From contig OZ024763.1 of the NCBI GenBank assembly GCA_964016885.1, positions 28,396,001 through 28,460,000 on the forward strand: a stretch of 64,000 nt of DNA, given 5' to 3'. Origin of the DNA: Eledone cirrhosa. Its lineage: Eukaryota. This document shows positions 22,161 to 32,547 of the stretch, one piece after another (position 1 is the stretch's first letter; every line of letters starts with the position of its first letter). The notes beneath the pieces were generated by a model that saw nothing but the letters and a program-made list of their open reading frames with translations, had not been told where the DNA came from and searched no databases. A program made the translations under genes and the position numbers.

Positions 22161-22225
22161 AATTTATATTTGCTATTATATTTGATGATTTTAATGAATA
22201 CGACCTTGAAATCAATCAGAAAATG
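22144..22225 (+). CDS. exon E3 copy 1 (82 nt, phase 2 to 0)
   Basis: Bounded by ccag|T TTC ACT and ATG|gtaact. Reads (S)FTLEVKFIFAIIFDDFNEYDLEINQKM. Phases fit both E2 and E4. Confidence 0.6.
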
Positions 22226-22789
22226 GTAACTCATTACATAAAGAAGTGAAATAAAAACTATACTCTAAATGACACTTAAAACATTTTAAATATCAAAATA
22301 TTAAAACTTCATAAATATATTCTCCACTCATGAGAATTTCAAAACTGTCGTCTGTTGATTAGCCACCATGGCTTATAAATGGGGTTTGAATTCTGTCCTA
22401 TTTCTCAAATATAAAAGGGATCGGCTTATAATTGAGTATATATAGTAATTAGGGCAAGTTAATTTAGGGTCTTTTAAAGATTGTGTGACTCCTTTTTACT
22501 CCAGTCCACTCATTAACACAGCACATTAAACACTCACACATACACACAATTACACACACCCTCGTTACACACCACATACTCCACATATGTACTCACACAC
22601 CACGCCATAAACATCACTCACCATACATTATGCTCTACACATCACTCACTACACATTATACTCTACACACCACACTCTACACACTACACAACGCACATTA
22701 CCTTCTACACAGCACACCACACACATCACCTTCTACACACTACACCACACACATCACCACACATATCACCACACATATCACCACACTAC

Positions 22790-22945
22790 ACCGTCGGACG
22801 CCATGCTTTGACGCATAGAATTACGCCCCTTTCCATTCTGAGTTCAAATTCGGCCGAGGTTAACTGTCTTTCATTCTTACAGGGTCGATAAAATAAATTA
22901 CCAGTGGGTAATTGCTGGACTTGTGCCAAAAGTAGAAACAATTAT
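22790..22945 (+). mobile_element. 5'-truncated SINE in the E3-E4 intron, present in all five cassettes
   Basis: Same family as 3713-3930 (GAGTTCAAATTCGGCCGAGG..GGGTCGATAAAAT). Confidence 0.8.
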
Positions 22946-22977
22946 ATTAGTTTCTGTATATTTTCTATCTTGTGTAG

Positions 22978-23050
22978 TTATCATGTCGAACCATTCCTAT
23001 TATTGTAAAATCTAAAAGAACTGTCAAACTTTATTTGACATCACAAAAAG
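22978..23050 (+). CDS. exon E4 copy 1 (73 nt, phase 0 to 1)
   Basis: Bounded by ttttctatcttgtgtag| and AAAG|gtaagt (consensus donor). Reads LSCRTIPIIVKSKRTVKLYLTSQK. Confidence 0.65.
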
Positions 23051-23056
23051 GTAAGT

Positions 23057-26000
23057 CTCCCTCCTCTCTCCTCTCTCTGTTCTCTCCCTCCTCTCTCTCG
23101 TTTCACTTCTCCCTCCCTCCTCTCTCTCGTGTCACTTCTCCCTCCCTCCTCTCTCTCTTGTTTCACTCCACTCTCCCTCCCTCTCTCTTGTTTCACTCCT
23201 CTCTCCCTCCCTCTCTTGTTTCACTCCACCTCCCCCCTCTCTTGTTTCACTCCTCTCTCCCTCCCCTCCCTCTTCTCTCGCCCTCCCCTCTCTTGTTTCA
23301 CTCCTCTCTCCCTCATCTCTCTTCTTTCACTCCTCTCTCCCTTCCCTCCCTCCCCTCTCTCTTGTTTCACTACTCTCTCCCTCCTCTCTCTCTTGTTTCA
23401 CTCCCCTCTCCCTCCTCTCTTCTTTCACTCCTCTCCCTCCTCTCTCCCTCCTCTCTCCCTCTTCTCTCTTGTTTCACTCCTCCCTCCCTCCTCTCTTGTT
23501 TCACTCCTCTCTCCCTCCTCTCTCTCTTGTTTCACTTCTCTCTCCCTTTCACTCCTCTTTCCCTCCTCTCTCTCTCGTGTTTCACTCCTCTCTCCCTCCT
23601 GTTTCACTCCTCTCTCCCTCCTCTCTCCCTCTTCTCTCTTGTTTCACTCCTCTCTCCCTCTTCTCTTGTTTCCCTCCTCTCTCCCTCCTCTCTTGTTTCA
23701 CTCCTCTCTCCCCTCCCTCCCCTCTCTCTTGTTTCACTCCTCTCTCCCCTCTCTCTTGTTTCACTCCTCTCTCCTTCTCTCTTGTTTCACTCCCTCCTCC
23801 CTCCCCCTTCTCTCTTGTTTCACTCCTCTCTCCCTTTGTTCACCCCTCCCTTGTTTCACTCCTCTTGTTTCACTCCTCTCTCTCTTGTTTCACTCCTCCC
23901 TCCTGTCTCTCTTGTTTCAGTCCTCCCTCCCTCTTCGCTCTCCCTCCTCTCTCTTGTTTCACTCCTCTCTCCCTCCTCTCTCGTTTCACTCCACTCTCCC
24001 TCCTCTCTCTCTTGTTACACTCCTCTCTCCCTCCCCTCTCCCTTGTTTCCCTCCTCCCTCCTCTTTCCCTCCCCTCTCCCTTGTTTCCCTCCTCTCTCCC
24101 TTCACTCCTCTCTCTCCTCCCTCTCTTGTTTCACTCCTCTCTCCCTCTTCTCTCTTGTTTCACTCTCTCCTCCCTCCCCCTTCTCTCTTGTTTCACTCCT
24201 CCCTTCTCTCTTGTTTCACTCCTCCCTCCCTCTTGTTTCACTCCTCCCTCCCTCTTGTTTCACTCCTCCCTCTCTCTCTTGTTTCACTCCTCCCTCCCTC
24301 GTTTCACTCCTCCCTCCCTCTTCTCTCTCTTGTTTCACTCCTTCCTCCTCTCCCTCCTCTCTCTTGTTTCACTTCTCCCTCCTCTCTCTTGTTTCACTTC
24401 TCCATCCCTCCTCCCTCCCTCCTCTCTCTCCCTCCCTCTTCTCTCTCCCTCCTCTCTCTCTTGTTTCACTTCTCTCTCCCTCCTCTCTCCCTCCTTTCTC
24501 TCGTGTTTCTCTCCCTCCTTTCACTCCTCTCTCCCTCCTTTCACTCTTGTTTCACTCCTCTCTCCCTCCTGTTTCACTCCCCTCTCCCTCCTCTCTCCCT
24601 CTTCTCTCTTGTTTCACTCCTCTCTCTCTTGTTTCACTCCTCCCTCCTGTCTCTCTTGTTTCACTCTTCCCTCCCTCTTCTCTCTCCCTCCTCTCTCTTG
24701 TTTCACTCCACTCTCCCTCCCCTCTCCCTTGTTTCCCTCCTCTCTCCCTCCCCTCTCCCTTGTTTCCCTCCTCTCTCCCTTCACTCCTCTCTCCTCCCTC
24801 TCTTGTTTCACTCCTCTCTCCCTCTTCTCTCATGTTTCACTCCTCTCCCTCCTCACTCTCTTGTTTCACTCCTCCCTCCCTCTTGTTTCACTCCTCCCTC
24901 TTGTTTCACTCCTCCCTCCCTCTTGTTTCACTCCTCCCTCCCTCTTCTCTCTCCCCCCTCTCTCTCTTGTTTCACTCCTCCCTCCCTCGTTTCACTCCTC
25001 CCTCCCTCTTCTCTCTCTTGTTTCACTTCTCCCTCCTCTCTCTTGTTTCACTTCTCCCTCCCTCCTCCCTCCCTCCTCCCTCCTCTCTCTCCCTCCCTCT
25101 TCTCTCTCCCTCCTCTCTGGCTTGTTTCACTTCTCTCTCCCTCCTCTCTCCCTCCTCTTTCTCTCGTGTTTCTCTCCCTTCTTTCACTCCTCTTTCCCTC
25201 CTTTCACTCTTGTTTCACTCCTTCCTCCTCTCCTCTCCCTCCTTTCTCTTGTTTCACTCCTCTCTCCCTCCTCTCTCTTGTTTCACTCCTTTCACTCCTC
25301 TCCCTCTTTCACTCCTCTCCCTCCTCTCTCCCTCTCTCTCCCTCCTTTCACTACTCTCCCTCCTCTCTCTCTTGTTTCACTCCTCCCTCCCTCTTCTCTC
25401 TCCCTCCTCTCTCTCGTGTTTCACTCCTCTTTCCCTCCTTTCACTCCTCTCCTCTATCTATCCTCTCTCTCTTGTTTCACTCCTCCCTCCCTCTTCTCTC
25501 TCCCTCCTCTCTCTTGTTTCACTTCTCTCTCCCTCCTCTCTCTAGTGTTTCACTCCTCGCTGCCTCTTCTCTCTCCCTCCTCTCTCTTGATTCACTCCTC
25601 CCTCCCTCTTCTCTCTCCCTCCTCTCTCTCTTGTTTCACTCCTCCCTCCCTCTTCTCTCACTCCTCCCTCCCTCTTCTCTAACTCCTCCCTCCCTCCTCT
25701 CTCTCTTGTTTCACTTCTCTCTCTTGTTTCACTTCTCTATCCCTCCTCTTGTTTCACTTCTCTCTCTCTCGTGTTTCACTCCCCTCTCCCTTCTTTCACT
25801 CCTCTTTCCCTCCTCTCTCTTGTTTCACTCCTTCCTCTCCCTCCCCCTCTCTCCCTTCTTTCACTCCTCTCTCTCTCCCTCCTTTCACTCCTCTTTCCAT
25901 CCTTTCACTCCTCTTTCCCTCCTCTCCCTCCTCTCTCGTTTCACTCCTCCCTCCCTCTTCTCTCTCCCTACTCTCTCTCTTGTTTCACTCCTCCCTCCCT

Positions 26001-27400
26001 CTTCTCTCTCCCTCCTCTCTCTTGTTTCACTTCTCTCTCCCTCCTCTCTCTCGTCTTTCACTCCTCTTTCCCTCCTTTCACTCCTGTTTCACTCCTCTCT
26101 CCCTCCTCTCTCTTGTTTCATTCCTCTTCTCTCGTGTTTCATTCCTCTCACCTTCCTCTCTCTCTTGTTTCACTCCTCGCTCCCTCTTCTCTCTCCCTCC
26201 TCTCTCTTGTTTCACTCCTCCCTCCCTCTTCTCTCACTCCTCCCTCCCTCTTCTCTAACTCCTCCCTCCCTCTTCTCTAACTCCTCCCTCCCTCCTCTCT
26301 CTCTTGTTTCACTTCTCTCTCTCTTGTTTCACTTCTCTCTCTCGTGTTTCACTCCCCTCCCCCTTCTTTCACTCCTCTTTCCCTCCTCTCTCTTGTTTCA
26401 CTCCTTCCTCTCCCTCCCCCTCTCTCTCTTGTTTCACTCCTCTCCCTCCCCCCTCTCTCTCTTGTTTCACTCCTCTCCCTCCCTTCTCTCTCCCTCCTCT
26501 CTCTTGTTTCACTCCTCTCTCTATCCTCTCTTGTTTCACTCCTCTCTCTATCCTCTATCCTCTCTTGTTTCACTCCTCCCTCCCTCTTCTCTCTCCCTCC
26601 TCTCTCTTGTTTCACTCCTCCCTCCTCTCTCTCTCCCTTCTTTCACTCCTCTTTCCCTCCTCTTTCCCTCCTTTCACTCTTGTTTCACTCCCTCTTCTCT
26701 CTCCCTCCTCTCTCTCTTGTTTCACTCCTCCCTCCCTCTTCTCCCTCCATCCTCTCTCTCTTGTTTCACTCCTCTTCCTCCTCTCTCTTGTTTCACTCCT
26801 CTCTCCCTCCTCTCTCTCTCATCTCTCGTTTCACTCCTCTCCATCCTCTCTCGTTTCACTCCTCCCTCCCTCTTCTCTCGCCTCTCTCCCTCCTCCCCTC
26901 TCTTGTTTCCCTCTCTCACTTGTTTCACTCCTCTCTCCCTCCTCTTTCACTCTTCCTCCTCTCTCTTGTTTCACTCCTCTCTCTTGTTTCACTCCTCCCT
27001 CCCTTCTCTCTCCCTCCTCTCTCTCTTGTTTCACTCCTCCCTCCCTCTTCTCTCTCCCTCCTCTCTCTCTTGTTTCACTCCTCCCTCCCTCTTCTCTCTC
27101 CCTCCTCTCTCTCTTGTTTCACTCCTCTCCCTCCCTCCTCTCTCCCTCCTCTCTCCCTCCTCTCTCTTGTTTCACTCCTCCCTCCCTCTTCTCTCCCTCT
27201 TCTCTCTCCCTTCTCTCTCTTGTTTCACTCCTCTCTCCCTTTCACTCCTCTTTCCCTCCTCTCTCTCTTGTTTCACTTCTCTCTCCCTCCTCTCTCTCTT
27301 GTTTCACTTCTCTCTCCCTCCTCTCTCTCTCTCTTGTTTCACTTCTCTCTCCCTCCTCTCTCTCGTGTTTCACTCCTCTCTCCCTCCTTTCACTCTTGTT
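23057..27400. repeat. CT-rich polypyrimidine satellite, tract 1
   Basis: Irregular units of CTTGTTTCACTCCTCTCTCCCTCCTCTCT. Confidence 0.95.
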
Positions 27401-27453
27401 TCACTTTGGAATATTACACCAGTTTTACTTTGGAGGTGAAAATATTTCACCAG

Positions 27454-27535
27454 TTTCACTTTGGAGGTGAAATTTATATTTGCTATTATATCTGATGATT
27501 TTAATGAATTTGGCCTTGAAATCAATCAGAAAATG
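27454..27535 (+). CDS. exon E3 copy 2
   Basis: 82 nt, FTLEVKFIFAIISDDFNEFGLEINQKM, same splice sites. Confidence 0.55.
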
Positions 27536-28170
27536 GTAACTCATTACATAAAGAAGTGAAATAAAAACTATACTCTAAATGACACTTAAAACATTTTAAA
27601 TATCAAAATATTAAAACTTCATGAATATATTCTCCACTCATGAGAATTTCAAAACTGTCGTCTGTTGATTAGCCACCATGGCTTATAAATGGGGTTTGGA
27701 TTCTGTCCTATTTCTGAAATAAAAAAGGGATCGGCTTATAATTGAGTATATATAGTAATTAGGGTAAGTTAATTTAGGGTCTTTTAAAGATTGTGTGACT
27801 CCTTTTTACTCCAGTCCACTCATTAACACAGCACATTAAACACTCACACATACACACAATTACACCACACCCTCGTTACACACCACATACTCCACACATG
27901 TACTCACACACCTCACATTATACTCTACACACTACACAACGTACATTACCTTCTACACACCACACCAAACATATCACCACACTACACCGTCGGACGCCAT
28001 GCTTTGGAGCATAGAATTACGCCCCTTTCCATTCTGAGTTCACATCCGGCCGAGGTTAACTGTCTTTCATTCTTACGGGGTCGATAAAATAAATTACCTG
28101 TGGGTAATTGCTGGGCTTGTGCCAAAAGTAGAAAGAATTATATTTTCTGTATATTTTCTAACATGTGTAG

Positions 28171-28244
28171 TTATCATGTCGAACCATTCCTATAATTGTA
28201 AAATCTAAAAGTACTGTCAAACTTTATTTGACATCACAAAAAAG
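28171..28244 (+). CDS. exon E4 copy 2 (74 nt, phase 0 to 2)
   Basis: LSCRTIPIIVKSKSTVKLYLTSQK, with six A before G|gtaagt. Confidence 0.55.
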
Positions 28245-28249
28245 GTAAG

Positions 28250-31200
28250 TCTCCCTCCTCTCTCCTCTCTCTATTCTCTCTCTCGTTTCACTTCTCCCTC
28301 CCTCCTCTCTCCTGTTTCACTACTCTCTCCCTCCTCTCTCTCTTGTTACACTCCTCTCTCCCTCCCCTCTCCCTTGTTTCCCTCCTCCCTCCTCTTTCCC
28401 TCCCCTCTCCCTTGTTTCCCTCCTCTCTCCCTTCACTCCTCTCTCTCCTCCCTCTCTTGTTTCACTCCTCTCTCCCTCTTCTCTCTTGTTTCACTCTCTC
28501 CTCCCTCCCCCTTCTCTCTTGTTTCACTCCTCCCTTCTCTCTTGTTTCACTCCTCCCTCCCTCTTGTTTCACTCCTCCCTCCCTCTTGTTTCACTCCTCC
28601 CTCTCTCTCTTGTTTCACTCCTCCCTCCCTCGTTTCACTCCTCCCTCCCTCTTCTCTCTCTTGTTTCACTCCTTCCTCCTCTCCCTCCTCTCTCTTGTTT
28701 CACTTCTCCCTCCTCTCTCTTGTTTCACTTCTCCATCCCTCCTCCCTCCCTCCTCTCTCTCCCTCCCTCTTCTCTCTCCCTCCTCTCTCTCTTGTTTCAC
28801 TTCTCTCTCCCTCCTCTCTCCCTCCTTTCTCTCGTGTTTCTCTCCCTCCTTTCACTCCTCTCTCCCTCCTTTCACTCTTGTTTCACTCCTCTCTCCCTCC
28901 TGTTTCACTCCCCTCTCCCTCCTCTCTCCCTCTTCTCTCTTGTTTCACTCCTCTCTCTCTTGTTTCACTCCTCCCTCCTGTCTCTCTTGTTTCACTCTTC
29001 CCTCCCTCTTCTCTCTCCCTCCTCTCTCTTGTTTCACTCCACTCTCCCTCCCCTCTCCCTTGTTTCCCTCCTCTCTCCCTCCCCTCTCCCTTGTTTCCCT
29101 CCTCTCTCCCTTCACTCCTCTCTCCTCCCTCTCTTGTTTCACTCCTCTCTCCCTCTTCTCTCATGTTTCACTCCTCTCCCTCCTCACTCTCTTGTTTCAC
29201 TCCTCCCTCCCTCTTGTTTCACTCCTCCCTCTTGTTTCACTCCTCCCTCCCTCTTGTTTCACTCCTCCCGCCCTCTTCTCTCTCCCCCCTCTCTCTCTTG
29301 TTTCACTCCTCCCTCCCTCGTTTCACTCCTCCCTCCCTCTTCTCTCTCTTGTTTCACTTCTCCCTCCTCTCTCTTGTTTCACTTCTCCCTCCCTCCTCCC
29401 TCCCTCCTCCCTCCTCTCTCTCCCTCCCTCTTCTCTCTCCCTCCTCTCTGGCTTGTTTCACTTCTCTCTCCCTCCTCTCTCCCTCCTCTTTCTCTCGTGT
29501 TTCTCTCCCTTCTTTCACTCCTCTTTCCCTCCTTTCACTCTTGTTTCACTCCTTCCTCCTCTCCTCTCCCTCCTTTCTCTTGTTTCACTCCTCTCTCCCT
29601 CCTCTCTCTTGTTTCACTCCTTTCACTCCTCTCCCTCTTTCACTCCTCTCCCTCCTCTCTCCCTCTCTCTCCCTCCTTTCACTACTCTCCCTCCTCTCTC
29701 TCTTGTTTCACTCCTCCCTCCCTCTTCTCTCTCCCTCCTCTCTCTCGTGTTTCACTCCTCTTTCCCTCCTTTCACTCCTCTCCTCTATCTATCCTCTCTC
29801 TCTTGTTTCACTCCTCCCTCCCTCTTCTCTCTCCCTCCTCTCTCTTGTTTCACTTCTCTCTCCCTCCTCTCTCTAGTGTTTCACTCCTCGCTGCCTCTTC
29901 TCTCTCCCTCCTCTCTCTTGATTCACTCCTCCCTCCCTCTTCTCTCTCCCTCCTCTCTCTCTTGTTTCACTCCTCCCTCCCTCTTCTCTAACTCCTCCCT
30001 CCCTCCTCTCTCTCTTGTTTCACTTCTCTCTCTTGTTTCACTTCTCTATCCCTCCTCTTGTTTCACTTCTCTCTCTCTCGTGTTTCACTCCCCTCTCCCT
30101 TCTTTCACTCCTCTTTCCCTCCTCTCTCTTGTTTCACTCCTTCCTCTCCCTCCCCCTCTCTCCCTTCTTTCACTCCTCTCTCTCTCCCTCCTTTCACTCC
30201 TCTTTCCATCCTTTCACTCCTCTTTCCCTCCTCTCCCTCCTCTCTCGTTTCACTCCTCCCTCCCTCTTCTCTCTCCCTACTCTCTCTCTTGTTTCACTCC
30301 TCCCTCCCTCTTCTCTCTCCCTCCTCTCTCTTGTTTCACTTCTCTCTCCCTCCTCTCTCTCGTCTTTCACTCCTCTTTCCCTCCTTTCACTCCTGTTTCA
30401 CTCCTCTCTCCCTCCTCTCTCTTGTTTCATTCCTCTTCTCTCGTGTTTCATTCCTCTCACCTTCCTCTCTCTCTTGTTTCACTCCTCGCTCCCTCTTCTC
30501 TCTCCCTCCTCTCTCTTGTTTCACTCCTCCCTCCCTCTTCTCTCACTCCTCCCTCCCTCTTCTCTAACTCCTCCCTCCCTCTTCTCTAACTCCTCCCTCC
30601 CTCCTCTCTCTCTTGTTTCACTTCTCTCTCTCTTGTTTCACTTCTCTCTCTCGTGTTTCACTCCCCTCCCCCTTCTTTCACTCCTCTTTCCCTCCTCTCT
30701 CTTGTTTCACTCCTTCCTCTCCCTCCCCCTCTCTCTCTTGTTTCACTCCTCTCCCTCCCCCCTCTCTCCCTCCTCTCTCTCTTGTTTCACTCCTCTCCCT
30801 CCCTTCTCTCTCCCTCCTCTCTCTTGTTTCACTCCTCTCTCTATCCTCTCTTGTTTCACTCCTCTCTCTATCCTCTATCCTCTCTTGTTTCACTCCTCCC
30901 TCCCTCTTCTCTCTCCCTCCTCTCTCTTGTTTCACTCCTCCCTCCTCTCTCTCTCCCTTCTTTCACTCCTCTTTCCCTCCTTTCACTCTTGTTTCACTCC
31001 CTCTTCTCTCTCCCTCCTCTCTCTCTTGTTTCACTCCTCCCTCCCTCTTCTCCCTCCATCCTCTCTCTCTTGTTTCACTCCTCTTCCTCCTCTCTCTTGT
31101 TTCACTCCTCTCTCCCTCCTCTCTCTCTCATCTCTCGTTTCACTCCTCTCCATCCTCTCTCGTTTCACTCCTCCCTCCCTCTTCTCTCGCCTCTCTCCCT

Positions 31201-31700
31201 CCTCCCCTCTCTTGTTTCCCTCTCTCACTTGTTTCACTCCTCTCTCCCTCCTCTTTCACTCTTCCTCCTCTCTCTTGTTTCACTCCTCTCTCTTGTTTCA
31301 CTCCTCCCTCCCTTCTCTCTCCCTCCTCTCTCTCTTGTTTCACTCCTCCCTCCCTCTTCTCTCTCCCTCCTCTCTCTCTTGTTTCACTCCTCCCTCCCTC
31401 TTCTCTCTCCCTCCTCTCTCTCTTGTTTCACTCCTCTCCCTCCCTCCTCTCTCCCTCCTCTCTCCCTCCTCTCTCTTGTTTCACTCCTCCCTCCCTCTTC
31501 TCTCTCCCTTCTCTCTCTTGTTTCACTCCTCTCTCCCTTTCACTCCTCTTTCCCTCCTCTCTCTCTTGTTTCACTTCTCTCTCCCTCCTCTCTCTCTTGT
31601 TTCACTTCTCTCTCCCTCCTCTCTCTCTCTCTTGTTTCACTTCTCTCTCCCTCCTCTCTCTCGTGTTTCACTCCTCTCTCCCTCCTTTCACTCTTGTTTC
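28250..31700. repeat. CT-rich satellite, tract 2
   Basis: Nearly identical to tract 1 from ~24010 onward. Confidence 0.95.
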
Positions 31701-31751
31701 ACTTTGGAATATTACACCAGTTTTACTTTGGAGGTGAAAATATTTCACCAG

Positions 31752-31833
31752 TTTCACTTTGGAGGTGAAATTTATATTTGCTATTATATCTGATGATTTT
31801 AATGAATTTGGCCTTGAAATCAATCAGAAAATG
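31752..31833 (+). CDS. exon E3 copy 3
   Basis: 82 nt, identical to copy 2. Confidence 0.55.
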
Positions 31834-32468
31834 GTAACTCATTACATAAAGAAGTGAAATAAAAACTATACTCTAAATGACACTTAAAACATTTTAAATA
31901 TCAAAATATTAAAACTTCATGAATATATTCTCCACTCATGAGAATTTCAAAACTGTCGTCTGTTGATTAGCCACCATGGCTTATAAATGGGGTTTGGATT
32001 CTGTCCTATTTCTGAAATAAAAAAGGGATCGGCTTATAATTGAGTATATATAGTAATTAGGGTAAGTTAATTTAGGGTCTTTTAAAGATTGTGTGACTCC
32101 TTTTTACTCCAGTCCACTCATTAACACAGCACATTAAACACTCACACATACACACAATTACACCACACCCTCGTTACACACCACATACTCCACACATGTA
32201 CTCACACACCTCACATTATACTCTACACACTACACAACGTACATTACCTTCTACACACCACACCAAACATATCACCACACTACACCGTCGGACGCCATGC
32301 TTTGGAGCATAGAATTACGCCCCTTTCCATTCTGAGTTCACATCCGGCCGAGGTTAACTGTCTTTCATTCTTACGGGGTCGATAAAATAAATTACCTGTG
32401 GGTAATTGCTGGGCTTGTGCCAAAAGTAGAAAGAATTATATTTTCTGTATATTTTCTAACATGTGTAG

Positions 32469-32542
32469 TTATCATGTCGAACCATTCCTATAATTGTAAA
32501 ATCTAAAAGTACTGTCAAACTTTATTTGACATCACAAAAAAG
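32469..32542 (+). CDS. exon E4 copy 3 (74 nt)
   Basis: Identical to copy 2. Confidence 0.55.
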
Positions 32543-32547
32543 GTAAG

